This document shows positions 32,929 through 43,867 of a DNA stretch of 64,000 nt, one piece after another. The DNA lies in assembly GCA_944325945.1 (NCBI GenBank), contig CALVBW010000023.1:21825-85824 (forward strand), in the 5' to 3' direction. This DNA is from Candidatus Gastranaerophilales bacterium. GTDB taxonomy: Bacteria; Cyanobacteriota; Vampirovibrionia; Gastranaerophilales; Gastranaerophilaceae. A model generated the notes under the pieces. The model saw only the letters and a program-made list of their open reading frames with translations, was not told the DNA's origin and ran no database searches. The position numbers and the translations under genes were made by a program. Within the stretch, counting starts at the first letter, position 1. Every line of letters begins with the position of its first letter.

Positions 32929-34932
32929 ATGTCAGTAAAATCAGTACAGTTAGCAAGCGTAGATTCAAAGCGTAATTATAATAATCAAAAACAAAATAAC
33001 GCCGTTTCATTCGGTAATGCAGGAAATCCTGTAATTACATTGATGGATGCAATAGACAGAGGCGGTTTTGCGGCTTCATTTATCATGCAGGATTTTCTTG
33101 GCATGGCAGGTCCCCGTGTATTAACAGGCATGTTCCGTAATCATGATAAAACCGGACAGTTAAATTGGGATTTTGCAAAGAAGGAAGGTATTCGTGAAAT
33201 TTTAAGCGGTCCCAGTGCATTTATTATACCTGCGTTTTTGATGGCGGGTATTAAAAGACTTTCAGGCAGCGCCAATAATGTTCCTATAGATTTTATTAAC
33301 GGATTAGGCGAAACTTTTAACGATTACGCTAAATCAAATATTAATACATTAAGTGATGCTGCTGTAACAAAACACGGTTTTTATAAAAATGTGTTTAAAA
33401 ATATGTTATCCGCGTCGACAAATGAAGTTTTGCAGGGTGAAGAACTTGAACAAACCGCTAAAACATTCGCGGATAAATTGATTGCAGCTGAAAAAGCTCC
33501 GAAAAAAGGTTTCTGGAAACATTTAACAGGGAAAAAGGTTGAAGGTTCAGCGCAAGATTTGCAGCATGAACTTCTGGAAGAATTTGTAAAACTCCGTAAA
33601 CAATATCTTGGCGCGGATAGTGACAAGGTCGTTGCCGAATATGTTGGTAAAGACGGTAAAAAAATTGCTTCATCATTTAAATCTATTCTCGGGCATATGA
33701 ATGATTATGCAAATGATGCAATTAAGCATGTAAATAAAAAATTCAAAGATGTTAAAACTCTTACGCCTGAAAATGTTGAAAAATTTGTAAAAACATTGAG
33801 CCAGAGACGTTCAGGCACAAGATTTTTATCAAATATCAGTATGTGGCTTGCTGTTGTAGGGTTTTATACAATTATTCCTAAGCTGTATAACCACGTAACA
33901 AAAGGAAGAGACCCGGGATTGGACGGTCTTGATATTCAGGATCAAAATGTAAATAAAACAGCAAATCCTACATTCTCCAAAGACTCAAAAGAAGAAAATA
34001 AGGATGAAAAAACAGAAAAAACTGATAATAGTGTAAAAGCTGAACCTTCATTTACAGGTTTGTCAGGTGTAATGGCAAAAGTTGGCAGAACTGTTAGTGA
34101 GACCGGCGGATTTAAAAAATTGTCGGATGCGTTTGAATTTGACGGTGCAACAATGTCAATGCCTGCGATGTTGACTCTGTTGTTCGGTTTTTGTCTGCCG
34201 CCAAGGTTGAAACATGCTCAAAGCAATACAGACAGAAAAGAAATTTTGTTTAGAGATTTTACAAGTTTCTTATCAATTCTGTTCGGTGCTAAAATTCTTA
34301 CACGTGTATTCTCGGATATATTTGCAAAGGCATCAGGTCTTGCTTTGAATACCAAACCTCATAATAGCGGCGATTCAATTTTCAAAAAAATCTGGCACTA
34401 TGTTTATCCTTCAGGAGGGGTGCAGGTTCTTGACGATACAAGAATTAAAGCAAATTACAGCAATGTAGCATCATACAAAGACGGTATAAATGATATGTTC
34501 AGGTTCGTTGATAAAAACGGCGGTAATGTCGGTAAAATGCTTAACATAGATAAAGATATTAAAGCAGCCGCTACGGAAATTCTCGGTAAAGCTCCGGACA
34601 AATCAATGAAACTTGCTGATATCATTAAAGCATTTGATAAATCAAAAGATTCGGAAGCTTACAAAAATATACTTAAAAAGCTTGCTGATGAAGGCAATAT
34701 GCTTGTAAAACGCGCCAAAACTTACAATAGTTTGTTCGGTTTTGTGTCAACGATATTCCTTGTACCGGGTCTGATGGTATGGATTTCAAGACATTGTGAA
34801 AAAATGACAAAAGAACGTATTGCAGAACAAAAAGAACAATCTATGCAGAATATGGCAAAACAAACTCAGGTGCCTGATTCTATGAGAGTTGTGACAAATA
34901 AACCGACTATGGCAGGTTTTTTAAATAAATAA
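32929..34932 (+). CDS. Large hypothetical membrane protein (667 aa) with an N/Q-rich N-terminus and VSFGN motif
   Basis: Several hydrophobic segments. The N-terminal module (LGMAGPRVL...AKKEGIREIL) resembles the tandem paralogs at 29896-31154. Confidence 0.7.
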   Translation: MSVKSVQLASVDSKRNYNNQKQNNAVSFGNAGNPVITLMDAIDRGGFAASFIMQDFLGMAGPRVLTGMFRNHDKTGQLNWDFAKKEGIREILSGPSAFIIPAFLMAGIKRLSGSANNVPIDFINGLGETFNDYAKSNINTLSDAAVTKHGFYKNVFKNMLSASTNEVLQGEELEQTAKTFADKLIAAEKAPKKGFWKHLTGKKVEGSAQDLQHELLEEFVKLRKQYLGADSDKVVAEYVGKDGKKIASSFKSILGHMNDYANDAIKHVNKKFKDVKTLTPENVEKFVKTLSQRRSGTRFLSNISMWLAVVGFYTIIPKLYNHVTKGRDPGLDGLDIQDQNVNKTANPTFSKDSKEENKDEKTEKTDNSVKAEPSFTGLSGVMAKVGRTVSETGGFKKLSDAFEFDGATMSMPAMLTLLFGFCLPPRLKHAQSNTDRKEILFRDFTSFLSILFGAKILTRVFSDIFAKASGLALNTKPHNSGDSIFKKIWHYVYPSGGVQVLDDTRIKANYSNVASYKDGINDMFRFVDKNGGNVGKMLNIDKDIKAAATEILGKAPDKSMKLADIIKAFDKSKDSEAYKNILKKLADEGNMLVKRAKTYNSLFGFVSTIFLVPGLMVWISRHCEKMTKERIAEQKEQSMQNMAKQTQVPDSMRVVTNKPTMAGFLNK

Positions 34933-34957
34933 GAGGTTCAAAAGAACCTCTTATTTA
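34929..34957. terminator. Bidirectional rho-independent terminator
   Basis: ATAAGAGGTTC-aaaa-GAACCTCTTAT. Confidence 0.7.
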
Positions 34958-34977
34958 ATATCTGTATGAGTCGGATA

Positions 34978-35181
34978 TTATTCTTCAATTAATGCATTGA
35001 TATCTGCAACCATTGCATCAGGATCAAAACCGTGAACTTTTGCACCTGCTTCAAGGTTTTCAAAACGTGCGGCAGCACAGCCTATGCAGCCTAATCCGTA
35101 TTTTTGGAAAACTTCAATGCTTTGAGGACAAGCTTGAACTATATCCATGATGTTCATTTCTTTTGTAATTTTTTGTGTCAT
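34978..35181 (-). CDS. DUF1858 / hybrid-cluster-protein-associated redox disulfide protein
   Basis: EMNIMDIVQACPQSIEVFQKYGLGCIGCAAARFENLEAGAKVHG. Confidence 0.7.
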   Translation of the reverse strand: MTQKITKEMNIMDIVQACPQSIEVFQKYGLGCIGCAAARFENLEAGAKVHGFDPDAMVADINALIEE

Positions 35182-35254
35182 ATTTTTTCTCCTTTTTGAC
35201 TTTTTTTACTTCATTATTAAAAATATTATACACGAAACAAAAGAAGGTATACAA

Positions 35255-35416
35255 ATGGAATTTATTAAAAATTTATTTAAAGACGATGATAGAGTCATAG
35301 GTCTGTCCGGTTTTAAAAAAGAAGAGGAGGAGAAGTTAAGCGTATTTATACCGAAATTTAACCCTGCTAAGCCTATTTACAGCGTAAATTATCAAAAGAA
35401 TTTCTTTTTAATGTAA
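35255..35416 (+). CDS. Small hypothetical protein (53 aa)
   Basis: ORF 35147..35416 trimmed to MEFIKNLFKDDD, which follows GAAGG. Weak call. Confidence 0.3.
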   Translation: MEFIKNLFKDDDRVIGLSGFKKEEEEKLSVFIPKFNPAKPIYSVNYQKNFFLM

Positions 35417-35492
35417 TATTTTGTTACAAAAAGGCAATTTTTAAACCCCCGATTACTTTATTATAATACAGGGAAAAATTGGGGATTTAATT

Positions 35493-35681
35493 ATGGCTGT
35501 AAATGCAGTACAATTTGGAAATTTATACAAAGTAAATAACATAAAATATGTGCAAAACAATTCCGCGCAAGGTATTGCTCAGGGTGTTAATTCAGTAAAA
35601 GACAGAGAACTTCATCCTGAGGTTTGCAGCACTGATTTAGGCGTAACACCATACGCTAATAAATTGGATATACTCTGTTAA
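35493..35681 (+). CDS. Small hypothetical protein (62 aa) with N-terminal VQFGN
   Basis: ORF track; GGGGA upstream of the ATG. Confidence 0.35.
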   Translation: MAVNAVQFGNLYKVNNIKYVQNNSAQGIAQGVNSVKDRELHPEVCSTDLGVTPYANKLDILC

Positions 35682-35682
35682 T

Positions 35683-36198
35683 TTATTGATCACTTTCGTG
35701 GCGTTCGTTGTCTTTCATAAGTTTAGCAAAGTCTGAAGGTTTTATGCTCTGGATAAAGTTTTTAAATTCCTGAGCTTCTTCTTCGTCTTTTGCTGCATCA
35801 GTTGAGACAGAACCGTTAGAGAGAACATTTGCCGTTACAAATATAGGCGCGTCTACTCTTATAGCGATTGCTATTGCATCGGACGGACGTGAATCTATTT
35901 CAATAAAGTTATCGTTATCATCTTTTAAGAATAATGTTGCAAAATAAGTTTCTTTTTCTACGTCGTTAATTTCAACTCTGTCAAGAGTATAGCCTGTTTT
36001 TTCAATAATATTTATTATCAGGTCATGCGTCATGGGACGTGAAACATTCAAGTTTTCAATTTTCCTGATAATAGCGCTGGCTTCTGCTGAACCTATCCAT
36101 ATTGGCAAGGCTTTCCTGTTATCTTTGTCATGTAAAACAACAATAGGGGAACCAGTTCTTGTATCAAGGGCAATACCCATAACTTTCATTTCTATCAT
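35683..36198 (-). CDS. Bifunctional nuclease family protein (BFN/DUF151)
   Basis: PIVVLHDKDNRKALPIWIGSAEASAI...RPMTHDL...IDSRPSDAIAIAIR. Confidence 0.8.
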   Translation of the reverse strand: MIEMKVMGIALDTRTGSPIVVLHDKDNRKALPIWIGSAEASAIIRKIENLNVSRPMTHDLIINIIEKTGYTLDRVEINDVEKETYFATLFLKDDNDNFIEIDSRPSDAIAIAIRVDAPIFVTANVLSNGSVSTDAAKDEEEAQEFKNFIQSIKPSDFAKLMKDNERHESDQ

Positions 36199-36212
36199 AA
36201 TTTATAACCTTT

Positions 36213-36986
36213 CTAATTTTTACCGACAACTCCGACTAAAGGCGAAGACGCTGACGCAATTTCTTTTTTAGGCATTCTGCCTGCTTCGTAAGCTGCGCGA
36301 CCTGCCATTACACCGTATTTAAATGCTTCTGCCATTTTAACAGGATCTTGAGCTTTTGCAATAGCTGTATTTATAAGACAAAAATCAGCTCCGCATTCCA
36401 TAACGCTTGCAGCATCGGACGGAACTCCTATTCCGGCATCCACAACAACCGGAACATTTGCCTGTTCAATAATAATTTTAATGTTTTCAAGGGTTTTTAC
36501 TCCCTGACCTGAGCCGATAGGAGAGGCTAAAGGCATAATTGTAGCGCAGCCGATTTCTTCAAGTCTTTTGGCTAAAATCGGATCTGCATTTATATAAGGT
36601 AATACAGTAAAACCTTCATCCACAAGAACTTTTGCAGCCTCTAAAGTGGCTATGGGATCCGGCATTAAGTATTTCGGGTCGGGAATTACTTCAAGTTTAA
36701 TCCAGTTATTTATTCCCATAGCTTTTGAAAGTCTTGCAACACGAATTGCTTCTTCTGCGGTTGCACAACCTGCAGTGTTCGGTAAAAGCCAGTATTTATT
36801 CAAGTCAATATGATCCATAAGTCCGACATGACCCGGTGCTTTCATATCAACTCTTCTTATTGCAACGGTAACAATTTCCGCACCGCTTGCTCTGTGTGCT
36901 TTTTCCATTGTCTCAAAATCATCAAATTTTCCTGTTCCAACCATTAATCTTGATGTGAATTCTTTGTCTGCAATTCTTATTGTCAT
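36213..36986 (-). CDS. thiG: Thiazole synthase ThiG
   Basis: [12 protein letters not shown]...LLPNTAGC...[13 protein letters not shown]...[13 protein letters not shown]. Confidence 0.9.
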   Translation of the reverse strand: MTIRIADKEFTSRLMVGTGKFDDFETMEKAHRASGAEIVTVAIRRVDMKAPGHVGLMDHIDLNKYWLLPNTAGCATAEEAIRVARLSKAMGINNWIKLEVIPDPKYLMPDPIATLEAAKVLVDEGFTVLPYINADPILAKRLEEIGCATIMPLASPIGSGQGVKTLENIKIIIEQANVPVVVDAGIGVPSDAASVMECGADFCLINTAIAKAQDPVKMAEAFKYGVMAGRAAYEAGRMPKKEIASASSPLVGVVGKN

Positions 36987-37106
36987 AATTTTTTCTCCTA
37001 TATACTAAATATTATAAACTAAAAAATAATTTTTAGCCCCTTTAAAAAAAAAATATTTATGGTATACTTGACGTATCAACCGGTTACATATGCCGGCATG
37101 AAAATT

Positions 37107-37196
37107 GGAGTAATGGCCGAGTGGCTGAAGGCGGCACCCTGCTAAGGTGTTAGGTGGGTCTAACCTGCCTCGAGGGTTCAAATCCCTCTTGCTCCG
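37107..37196 (+). tRNA. tRNA-Ser (anticodon GCU), class II with a long variable arm
   Basis: Acceptor GGAGTAA/TTGCTCC, anticodon stem-loop GCACC-CTGCTAA-GGTGT, T-arm GAGGG-TTCAAAT-CCCTC. No encoded CCA. Confidence 0.9.
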
Positions 37197-37201
37197 TTTT
37201 T

Positions 37202-37230
37202 AAAAGGCTTTCGGGCCTTTTATTTTTTTG
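37202..37230 (+). terminator. Rho-independent terminator after the tRNA
   Basis: AAAAGGC-tttcgg-GCCTTTT followed by a T-run. Confidence 0.6.
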
Positions 37231-37332
37231 TATCGCGTTATGTTTTCTAAATGCTCACAAAATATTTTTTAGGTTTCTTTATTTTGTGTGTTATTTTGCG
37301 CAAAAAAAAATATTTTTAACCGTTAAAGAGAT

Positions 37333-39228
37333 ATGCACATATTAAATATCAATCAACAGAATGAAAACTTTAGATATGCTCCGTCCTTTGGAAGAACAAG
37401 TAACTTTCATACTATAGAGAAATTTCAGCTAAAGCCTGAAGAAATTGAGAAAATTTCGCAAATGTCTGAAAGTCTTTCAAAAATTTCTGAATTTTTTGCA
37501 TCCTTGAACGGGATTTTGCAAAAAAAATTCAAGTCAAATTATCCGGGTCTGGTTGCCGGCGAAAAAATAAAAGGGTTTTTGTTTGATTCAATTTTGGGAG
37601 GTAATGGTAAAAAACTTCAGATTGTTCGATTAAATACACGACCTGATAGTGAAGAACTTTTGACGTTCGGACTATTAGATTCAAGCAATAAAAATATACT
37701 CCGTTATAAAGTGAATAAAAATGGCGATGTCGTTGTTATGAAAGAAAAATTGAATTCTGAACCCGTAGACACCGGTATTTTTTCTGAATGGAATTTGGAT
37801 ACCTTTATAGAGGAATTGAAATATTTAAATATTTATTCTCAGAATTTTAATGAAGTGAACAGAAAATTAACAGGTACCGAGTCTATAGTTGTTATGCATA
37901 AGCTTTTGGATAAAATTATCGCTGTTAAGAAAAGCGAAGGGATTAAAAATAGCATTGAAAATGTAGTAGAAAGTTTTAACGAGGTCTCCTCCGAATTTAA
38001 TAAGAATTCTTGGCGCGGGGTTGTTGAAATTAAACGGGCATATTTTGGAAAATTTGCACAAGAAAAATCTAAAAGTATGTTTTTTAAAGATCCGGTAAAC
38101 TCAAAGATATATTCATATACTCCGGCAAAAAGTGTCGCCGATAATCGTATTTTCAGGTTAATGGTCTTTGATGAATCCGGCAGGGTTAATGACGGATTTT
38201 TGTTCTTTTCGGACGGTAAAGTGGCAAGAATACTACCGGAAGCTCTTAATTCGGATTTTATCCGCGGTCGTAAGATGGAATATTTGTCAGACGATGAGAT
38301 AAAAAATTTGAATCTTAAAGGTAATTTGTCTGTGGTGGATCAAGGTTTGAAAGATTTTAAAGCTTTTATTGTTGAAAAGCGTTCTTTTAAAAAGAAAAAT
38401 ACAAATGCAGCTAAAGAAAATAGTTTGTCGGGAGCTATCAATAAAATCCCTCAAATAAAACCGCAAGGCGTTAAAAATGTTTCTAAGGAACAAAGAAAAG
38501 TACAGCCTAAAAAACAAATGGCATCTCCAATAATTAAATCAGGAACGCAAAATATCACCGCTAAAAAAACTGTTGCACAGAATAAAAATATTATAGAAAA
38601 GGTTGAATCTCATACAATTAATAACAGCAATAAAACGTCTTTAGTAACACAAAGTGTTTCTCAAACTGTAAATAAAACTGAATTTATAAATACAACGCTT
38701 ACTTCTCTTGCGGAAAAACTTACAAATTTATTTGATACCCCTGTTGAAGAAAGAAGTTCGCATCTCGTTCATGAAAAGCTTCAAAACGGAAGAATTTTTT
38801 CCGGCAGAGTCTCTTTTATTGCATCTGACGGTGCTCAAATTACTGTATCAAGGATTAAATCTCCCAGATATGTCGATTTTATGTACTATTCAATAAAAGT
38901 TTCCGACGGAAAATCTCATTATGTAATGAATTTGGATCCTGAAGCCGGTTTGATTTTGGAAAGCACTCCTGAAGGGAAAGTTATTATTGATAAAAAACAA
39001 CGTGTAAAACATCTTTCTAAAAAGGAATTTATTGAGCTATATCCGCAAGCAATAAATTTGGAGCGTTATTTAAAAGAACTTTTTGAGTTTAAAACCGATG
39101 GCAAAAGAAAGGTTGTAACTTCTAATTTAAAAATGAAAGGGCTTACTTTAAAAGAAAGGGAAAAGGAAGTCCTGAAAGCGCTTGGACAATCTCCGGATAT
39201 TGCACTTGATTCGTTGTTTAAACTTTAG
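37333..39228 (+). CDS. Large K/E/N-rich hypothetical protein (631 aa) with an N/Q-rich N-terminus and PSFGR motif
   Basis: ORF track. No recognisable domain or signal peptide. Confidence 0.7.
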   Translation: MHILNINQQNENFRYAPSFGRTSNFHTIEKFQLKPEEIEKISQMSESLSKISEFFASLNGILQKKFKSNYPGLVAGEKIKGFLFDSILGGNGKKLQIVRLNTRPDSEELLTFGLLDSSNKNILRYKVNKNGDVVVMKEKLNSEPVDTGIFSEWNLDTFIEELKYLNIYSQNFNEVNRKLTGTESIVVMHKLLDKIIAVKKSEGIKNSIENVVESFNEVSSEFNKNSWRGVVEIKRAYFGKFAQEKSKSMFFKDPVNSKIYSYTPAKSVADNRIFRLMVFDESGRVNDGFLFFSDGKVARILPEALNSDFIRGRKMEYLSDDEIKNLNLKGNLSVVDQGLKDFKAFIVEKRSFKKKNTNAAKENSLSGAINKIPQIKPQGVKNVSKEQRKVQPKKQMASPIIKSGTQNITAKKTVAQNKNIIEKVESHTINNSNKTSLVTQSVSQTVNKTEFINTTLTSLAEKLTNLFDTPVEERSSHLVHEKLQNGRIFSGRVSFIASDGAQITVSRIKSPRYVDFMYYSIKVSDGKSHYVMNLDPEAGLILESTPEGKVIIDKKQRVKHLSKKEFIELYPQAINLERYLKELFEFKTDGKRKVVTSNLKMKGLTLKEREKEVLKALGQSPDIALDSLFKL

Positions 39229-39312
39229 TTTTTTTTAATTTCGATTTTTTGGTGTAAAGAATTTTGAATATTTTGTAACATTTTTGACAAATTAAACTTT
39301 GTTTGTGGTTTA

Positions 39313-40224
39313 TTGATAAGAAAGCTGATAAGAGGTTTGAACAAATTGCAAAATACTATTACAAAAACCTTCAATAAAAAGAAAATATCCTATATGGACA
39401 GAGGAGACAACCGTTCTTTTTATTTTATTGAAAAAAGATTGACAAAGGTTTTTAAAGAAGAGATTGAGTCAGAGAATTCAATTTTTCGCAGTGTGTCTCC
39501 GAGTGTAATCCGTAAAATGGCATTATTTTTGTCAGGGGTTACAAAACGATCCTGCTCAATAGGAATAGCCGGTGAAACTGCCAGCGGCAAATCAACTATT
39601 GCTTATGATATTATTGATACTCTTGAAACTTTTGCAGTTGAATTTGGTATAAATGATTTGATTACCAGAATTAATACGGACGATTATTATTATGACAGAT
39701 CTGATATGGTAAAACAGGCAGGCAGTTTTGCGGAATTTGCCAAGCATTATGACCTTGATATTCCGCAGGCGCTGGAATTATCTTTGATGAAAAAACATAT
39801 AAAGGCGCTTCTTGCAGGGGAAAGAGTTTATCTGCCGAAATATGATATGTCCGGTACTGCAAAAAGAGAAGATAATGTTACACTTGCAAAACCGTCTAAA
39901 GTGGTTATTTCAGAGGGACTTTTTACTTTGACAAAAGATGTTGTGGATGCGTTTGATTTTAAAATTTATGTAGATGTTTCCTCTGATGTTCAAAAAGAAA
40001 GATTTTACAGGCGCGCCAATGAACGTAATTTAGGTTCATCTGTCGACGAAGTTTATAAAAATGCATCTGATAAAGCCAAAATACATATTTATCCTACTGT
40101 TAATAATGCTGATATTATCTTGTCCGGTGAAGCTGACAGACAGGCTTATAAAAATTTCATCAATAAGGTTTTGGATATAGTAAAAGAAGTTTATTTTAAT
40201 AATGTCTTTTTGTACTGTGTTTAA
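39313..40224 (+). CDS. Uridine kinase/phosphoribulokinase-family P-loop kinase
   Basis: IGIAGETASGKSTIAYDI Walker A. The start is uncertain: a non-ATG start at 39313 or ATG at 39394. Confidence 0.65.
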   Translation: MIRKLIRGLNKLQNTITKTFNKKKISYMDRGDNRSFYFIEKRLTKVFKEEIESENSIFRSVSPSVIRKMALFLSGVTKRSCSIGIAGETASGKSTIAYDIIDTLETFAVEFGINDLITRINTDDYYYDRSDMVKQAGSFAEFAKHYDLDIPQALELSLMKKHIKALLAGERVYLPKYDMSGTAKREDNVTLAKPSKVVISEGLFTLTKDVVDAFDFKIYVDVSSDVQKERFYRRANERNLGSSVDEVYKNASDKAKIHIYPTVNNADIILSGEADRQAYKNFINKVLDIVKEVYFNNVFLYCV

Positions 40225-40850
40225 GCTGACTGTTCTGCGGCTGCAGCTTGTTGGAGTTTATCTTTTTGTTCATAAAACCAGTCAATTAAAGGCTTTTTCT
40301 CCCCGAATTTAAACTTGAAGCTTTTTTCAAAATCAGGATCTGTCAAAAATTTATAACTTATATTAAACCCGAGAGGCTCATCAACAAGTTTGAGTTTTTT
40401 GATTTTGTACTGTGAAAGTTTTTTTGTTTTTTTGTTGAGAATATTTGAATAATTCAATCCCTGATAGCAGCAAAACGGGACTTTTATTCTGTCGTCAGCC
40501 CCTTTTGTCAAAAGTCCGAATGTGCGGCAGACAATTCCTCTGTAGTCATAAACCGAGCAGACATCATCAATTAAAAACGGACAATCATAATGAAAGTTAT
40601 CTCCGGTAAATTTACTTTTTTCTTCAACAACTTTTTGTATATTAGCTTCAATTTTATCTTGAGTTTCTTTAGGCAGCCTCATAAAGCCGTATAAGAGATA
40701 TTTCAGTTCGATTTCGGAATAAGGAAATTCGGCATTTTTGCAGCATCTTGCGCATCCTTTTTGACAGAATATAAATTGTTTTTGCGAATTGAAAAATTTT
40801 GATAATTTATTGTTTAAAAAAATGAGGTATGTCAAATAATTCTCAAGCAT
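40221..40850 (-). CDS. YkgJ-family cysteine cluster protein (UPF0153)
   Basis: CQKGCARCCKN...CPFL...VCSVYDYRGIVCRTFG. Confidence 0.7.
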   Translation of the reverse strand: MLENYLTYLIFLNNKLSKFFNSQKQFIFCQKGCARCCKNAEFPYSEIELKYLLYGFMRLPKETQDKIEANIQKVVEEKSKFTGDNFHYDCPFLIDDVCSVYDYRGIVCRTFGLLTKGADDRIKVPFCCYQGLNYSNILNKKTKKLSQYKIKKLKLVDEPLGFNISYKFLTDPDFEKSFKFKFGEKKPLIDWFYEQKDKLQQAAAAEQSA

Positions 40851-40852
40851 AA

Positions 40853-41758
40853 TTAACCTTCCGTTGTTTGTTTAAATTTTTCGTTAAGTTTTTCAAGAAA
40901 TAATTTTGCGGCAGGAGAGAATACCTGATATTTTTTCCAGACAATGTCAAGTCCTGATTCAAGTCTTGGAGACAGCGGACGAAAGACAAGGTTATTATCC
41001 GGATTTGTGTCTATTAATTTATCAAGTGTAACAGCATAGCCAAGTCCTGCTTCAACCATTATAGCAGCGTTATAAACCAGATTGTATGTTGCGGCTATAT
41101 TTAAATTATCAAACTTTTCACCAAACCAGTCAAGAAAACCGCTTTCTGCGGAGTATTTCTTTGACATTTGTCGCGACGCAATTATAGGTAGAGTTTCCAA
41201 ATCATTCATTTCTATTTTTTCTTTTGCTGCCAGAGGGCTGTCTTTACGCATTATAACACCCCATACGTCTTTTGAAGGCATTGTCAGATGATCGTATTTT
41301 GAAAGGTCTATCGGTTGAATTAATAATCCAAAATCCAATAATCCTTTATCAAGTTTTTCAATTACGTCCTCAGCATTTCCGCTATGGATGTGAAATTTTA
41401 TACCCGGATAATTATTTTGTATGTCTTTCATTACCTCAGCTATATATTTCATTGCATCAGTTTCACCGGAACCGATATAGATGTCTCCGCCTATAATTTC
41501 TTTCATGGAAGAAAATTCTGCCTCTGTTTTTTCTGCCATATCAATTATTTCTTCGGCTCGTTTCCGCAGTATCATTCCTTCCGGAGTTAGAGATATATTT
41601 GACTTTCCGCGGATTAACAGTTTATGACCTAATTCTTTTTCAAGATCCATAATCTGTCTGGAAAGTGTGGGTTGAGTCAGGTGTAAAGAATTAGCAGCTC
41701 CTGTTATACTGCCTTCTCTTGCAACAGTAAGAAAATATTTAAGCACTCGAAGTTCCAT
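40853..41758 (-). CDS. LysR-family transcriptional regulator
   Basis: MELRVLKYFLTVAREGSITGAANSLHLTQPTLSRQIMDLEKELG. Confidence 0.9.
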   Translation of the reverse strand: MELRVLKYFLTVAREGSITGAANSLHLTQPTLSRQIMDLEKELGHKLLIRGKSNISLTPEGMILRKRAEEIIDMAEKTEAEFSSMKEIIGGDIYIGSGETDAMKYIAEVMKDIQNNYPGIKFHIHSGNAEDVIEKLDKGLLDFGLLIQPIDLSKYDHLTMPSKDVWGVIMRKDSPLAAKEKIEMNDLETLPIIASRQMSKKYSAESGFLDWFGEKFDNLNIAATYNLVYNAAIMVEAGLGYAVTLDKLIDTNPDNNLVFRPLSPRLESGLDIVWKKYQVFSPAAKLFLEKLNEKFKQTTEG

Positions 41759-41907
41759 AGTTTTATTTTATTATTTTTAATTATGCTTGTCAAGCATTCA
41801 ACGTTATTTAATATAAGTATTTGCTATTTTTGTAAAATCGTAAATAATAAAGGTATAAGGAAAATAATATTGTCTTTTGATGTTATATAATAAATTCGGA
41901 GATTTTC

Positions 41908-42765
41908 ATGGATAAACAGATTAGAAACAAAATTTTTGACGAAGAAAGATCACTTTATAACATAAAAAATACGGAAGTGATTAACTGTAAATTTGCAGGG
42001 CCTGCAGATGGTGAATCTGTTTTGAAAGAAGGCAGAAATTATGCTGTCAAAGACTGCGCATTTTCTTTGAGGTATCCTATGTGGCACGCAAAAAAATTCT
42101 CTTTGATTAATTCTTCTATGGATGACAAAACAAGGGCGCCTCTGTGGTATTCCAATGACGGATTGATGAATGATTGTCTTATAAACGGGATTAAATGCCT
42201 CAGAGAATGCAAAAATATTGTTATTGATAATTGCACGATAAATTCTCCCGAGTTCGGCTGGCGTTGTAAAAATATAAAAATTTATGATTCTTCTGTTGAT
42301 GCAATGTACTTTTTATTCGAATCCAAAAATGTTGAGATTAAAAATCTTAAAATGACCGGCAAATATTCATTTCAATATATGAAAAATCTTTTTATTTCAG
42401 ACAGCAAACTGGATACGAAAGACGCTTTCTGGCACAGTAAAAATATTGTTGTTGAAAATTCAACCGTTAAAGGCGAATATCTCGGGTGGTTCAGTGAAAA
42501 TCTTACTTTTATTAATTGTAAAATTATAGGCACCCAGCCTCTTTGCTATTGTAAAAATTTGAAGCTTATAAACTGTGTAATGGAAAATACGGATTTATCT
42601 TTTGAATATTCAGATGTTCAAGCTGATATTAAAGGACATATAGTGTCCGTTAAAAATCCCAGATCCGGTGTGATAAAAGCTGACAGTGTCGGTGAAATTA
42701 TATCCGAAGATGCTGTTATGAAATGTTCCGGCAAAGTAATACTTAATAATACAGCCGCTGTATAA
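41908..42765 (+). CDS. DUF3737-like beta-helix repeat protein
   Basis: EERSLYNIKN...GESVLKEGRN and repeated xxNCxI/xxxSxL units. The family name is recalled from memory. Confidence 0.55.
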   Translation: MDKQIRNKIFDEERSLYNIKNTEVINCKFAGPADGESVLKEGRNYAVKDCAFSLRYPMWHAKKFSLINSSMDDKTRAPLWYSNDGLMNDCLINGIKCLRECKNIVIDNCTINSPEFGWRCKNIKIYDSSVDAMYFLFESKNVEIKNLKMTGKYSFQYMKNLFISDSKLDTKDAFWHSKNIVVENSTVKGEYLGWFSENLTFINCKIIGTQPLCYCKNLKLINCVMENTDLSFEYSDVQADIKGHIVSVKNPRSGVIKADSVGEIISEDAVMKCSGKVILNNTAAV

Positions 42766-42832
42766 ATTTCGTAATCTTTTCTCGACATAAAGGCATTTGT
42801 GTGCTAAAACTTATATGAAGCGGGAGAAAATT

Positions 42833-43855
42833 ATGAAAAAAGATATTGATTGGAAAAATTTAGGATTTGGTTATATTAAAACGGATTACCGTTTTGTATC
42901 AAACTACAAGGACGGCAAATGGGATGACGGCGTACTTTCAACAGATTCAGAAATTACAATGAGCGAAAGTGCCGGTGTTTTGCAGTATGCTCAGACATGT
43001 TTTGAAGGGCTGAAAGCTTATACAACTGTTGACGGACATGTTGTATGTTTCAGACCCGATCTGAACGCTCAAAGAATGGCAGCAAGCTGTGAAAGACTTG
43101 AAATGCCTGTTTATCCGGAAGAAAAGTTCGTTGAAGCTGTCGAAAAAGTGGTAAAAGCTAATATTGATTGGGTTCCGCCCTATGGTACGGGGGCAACTTT
43201 ATACATAAGACCGTATATGTTCGGAAGCAGCGCCGTAATCGGTGTTAAGCCAGCTGAAGAATATCAGTTCAGAATTTTTACAACCCCTGTAGGCCCGTAT
43301 TTTAAAGGCGGTGTAAAGCCTATTACTCTGCGAGTTCCTGATTTTGACAGAGCAGCCCCGAGAGGAACGGGTCATGTAAAAGCAGGGCTTAATTATGCTA
43401 TGAGTTTACACGCAATTGTTGACGCTCATAAACAAGGCTATAACGAAAATATGTATCTTGATTCCGCAACCCGTACGAAAGTTGAGGAAACCGGCGGTGC
43501 TAATATTATTTTTGTTACTCCCGATAACGTTGTTGTAACACCTAAGTCAAGCACTATTTTGCCGTCAATTACCCGTCGTTCTTTGATGTATGTTGCAGAA
43601 CATTATCTGGGACTAAAAACCGAGGAAAGAGAAATTCACGTGGAAGAATTGAAAGACTTTACGGAATGCGCACTATGCGGAACCGCTGCTGTTCTTTCTC
43701 CTGTCGGTGAAATCGTAAACCACGGTGAACATATTTATCTTCCGTCCGGAAAAGACAGAATGGGCGTGATTACTCAAAAATTATATGATACCTTAACAGG
43801 AATTCAAATGGGCAGAATTGAAGCTCCTGACGGCTGGATTAAAGTTATTCAATAA
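42833..43855 (+). CDS. ilvE: Branched-chain amino acid aminotransferase
   Basis: ORF trimmed to MKKDIDWKNLGFGYIKTDYRF, which follows GGGAGA. Contains QTCFEGLKAY, RPYMFGS and GTAAVLSPVG. Confidence 0.9.
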   Translation: MKKDIDWKNLGFGYIKTDYRFVSNYKDGKWDDGVLSTDSEITMSESAGVLQYAQTCFEGLKAYTTVDGHVVCFRPDLNAQRMAASCERLEMPVYPEEKFVEAVEKVVKANIDWVPPYGTGATLYIRPYMFGSSAVIGVKPAEEYQFRIFTTPVGPYFKGGVKPITLRVPDFDRAAPRGTGHVKAGLNYAMSLHAIVDAHKQGYNENMYLDSATRTKVEETGGANIIFVTPDNVVVTPKSSTILPSITRRSLMYVAEHYLGLKTEEREIHVEELKDFTECALCGTAAVLSPVGEIVNHGEHIYLPSGKDRMGVITQKLYDTLTGIQMGRIEAPDGWIKVIQ

Positions 43856-43867
43856 ATTAAAAGCCCT

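Noticed and set aside
36987-37106. TPP riboswitch upstream of thiG
   Set aside because: The 5' region is AT-rich and lacks the conserved CUGAGA and ACCUGAUCUGGAUAAUGCCAGCG-like elements.
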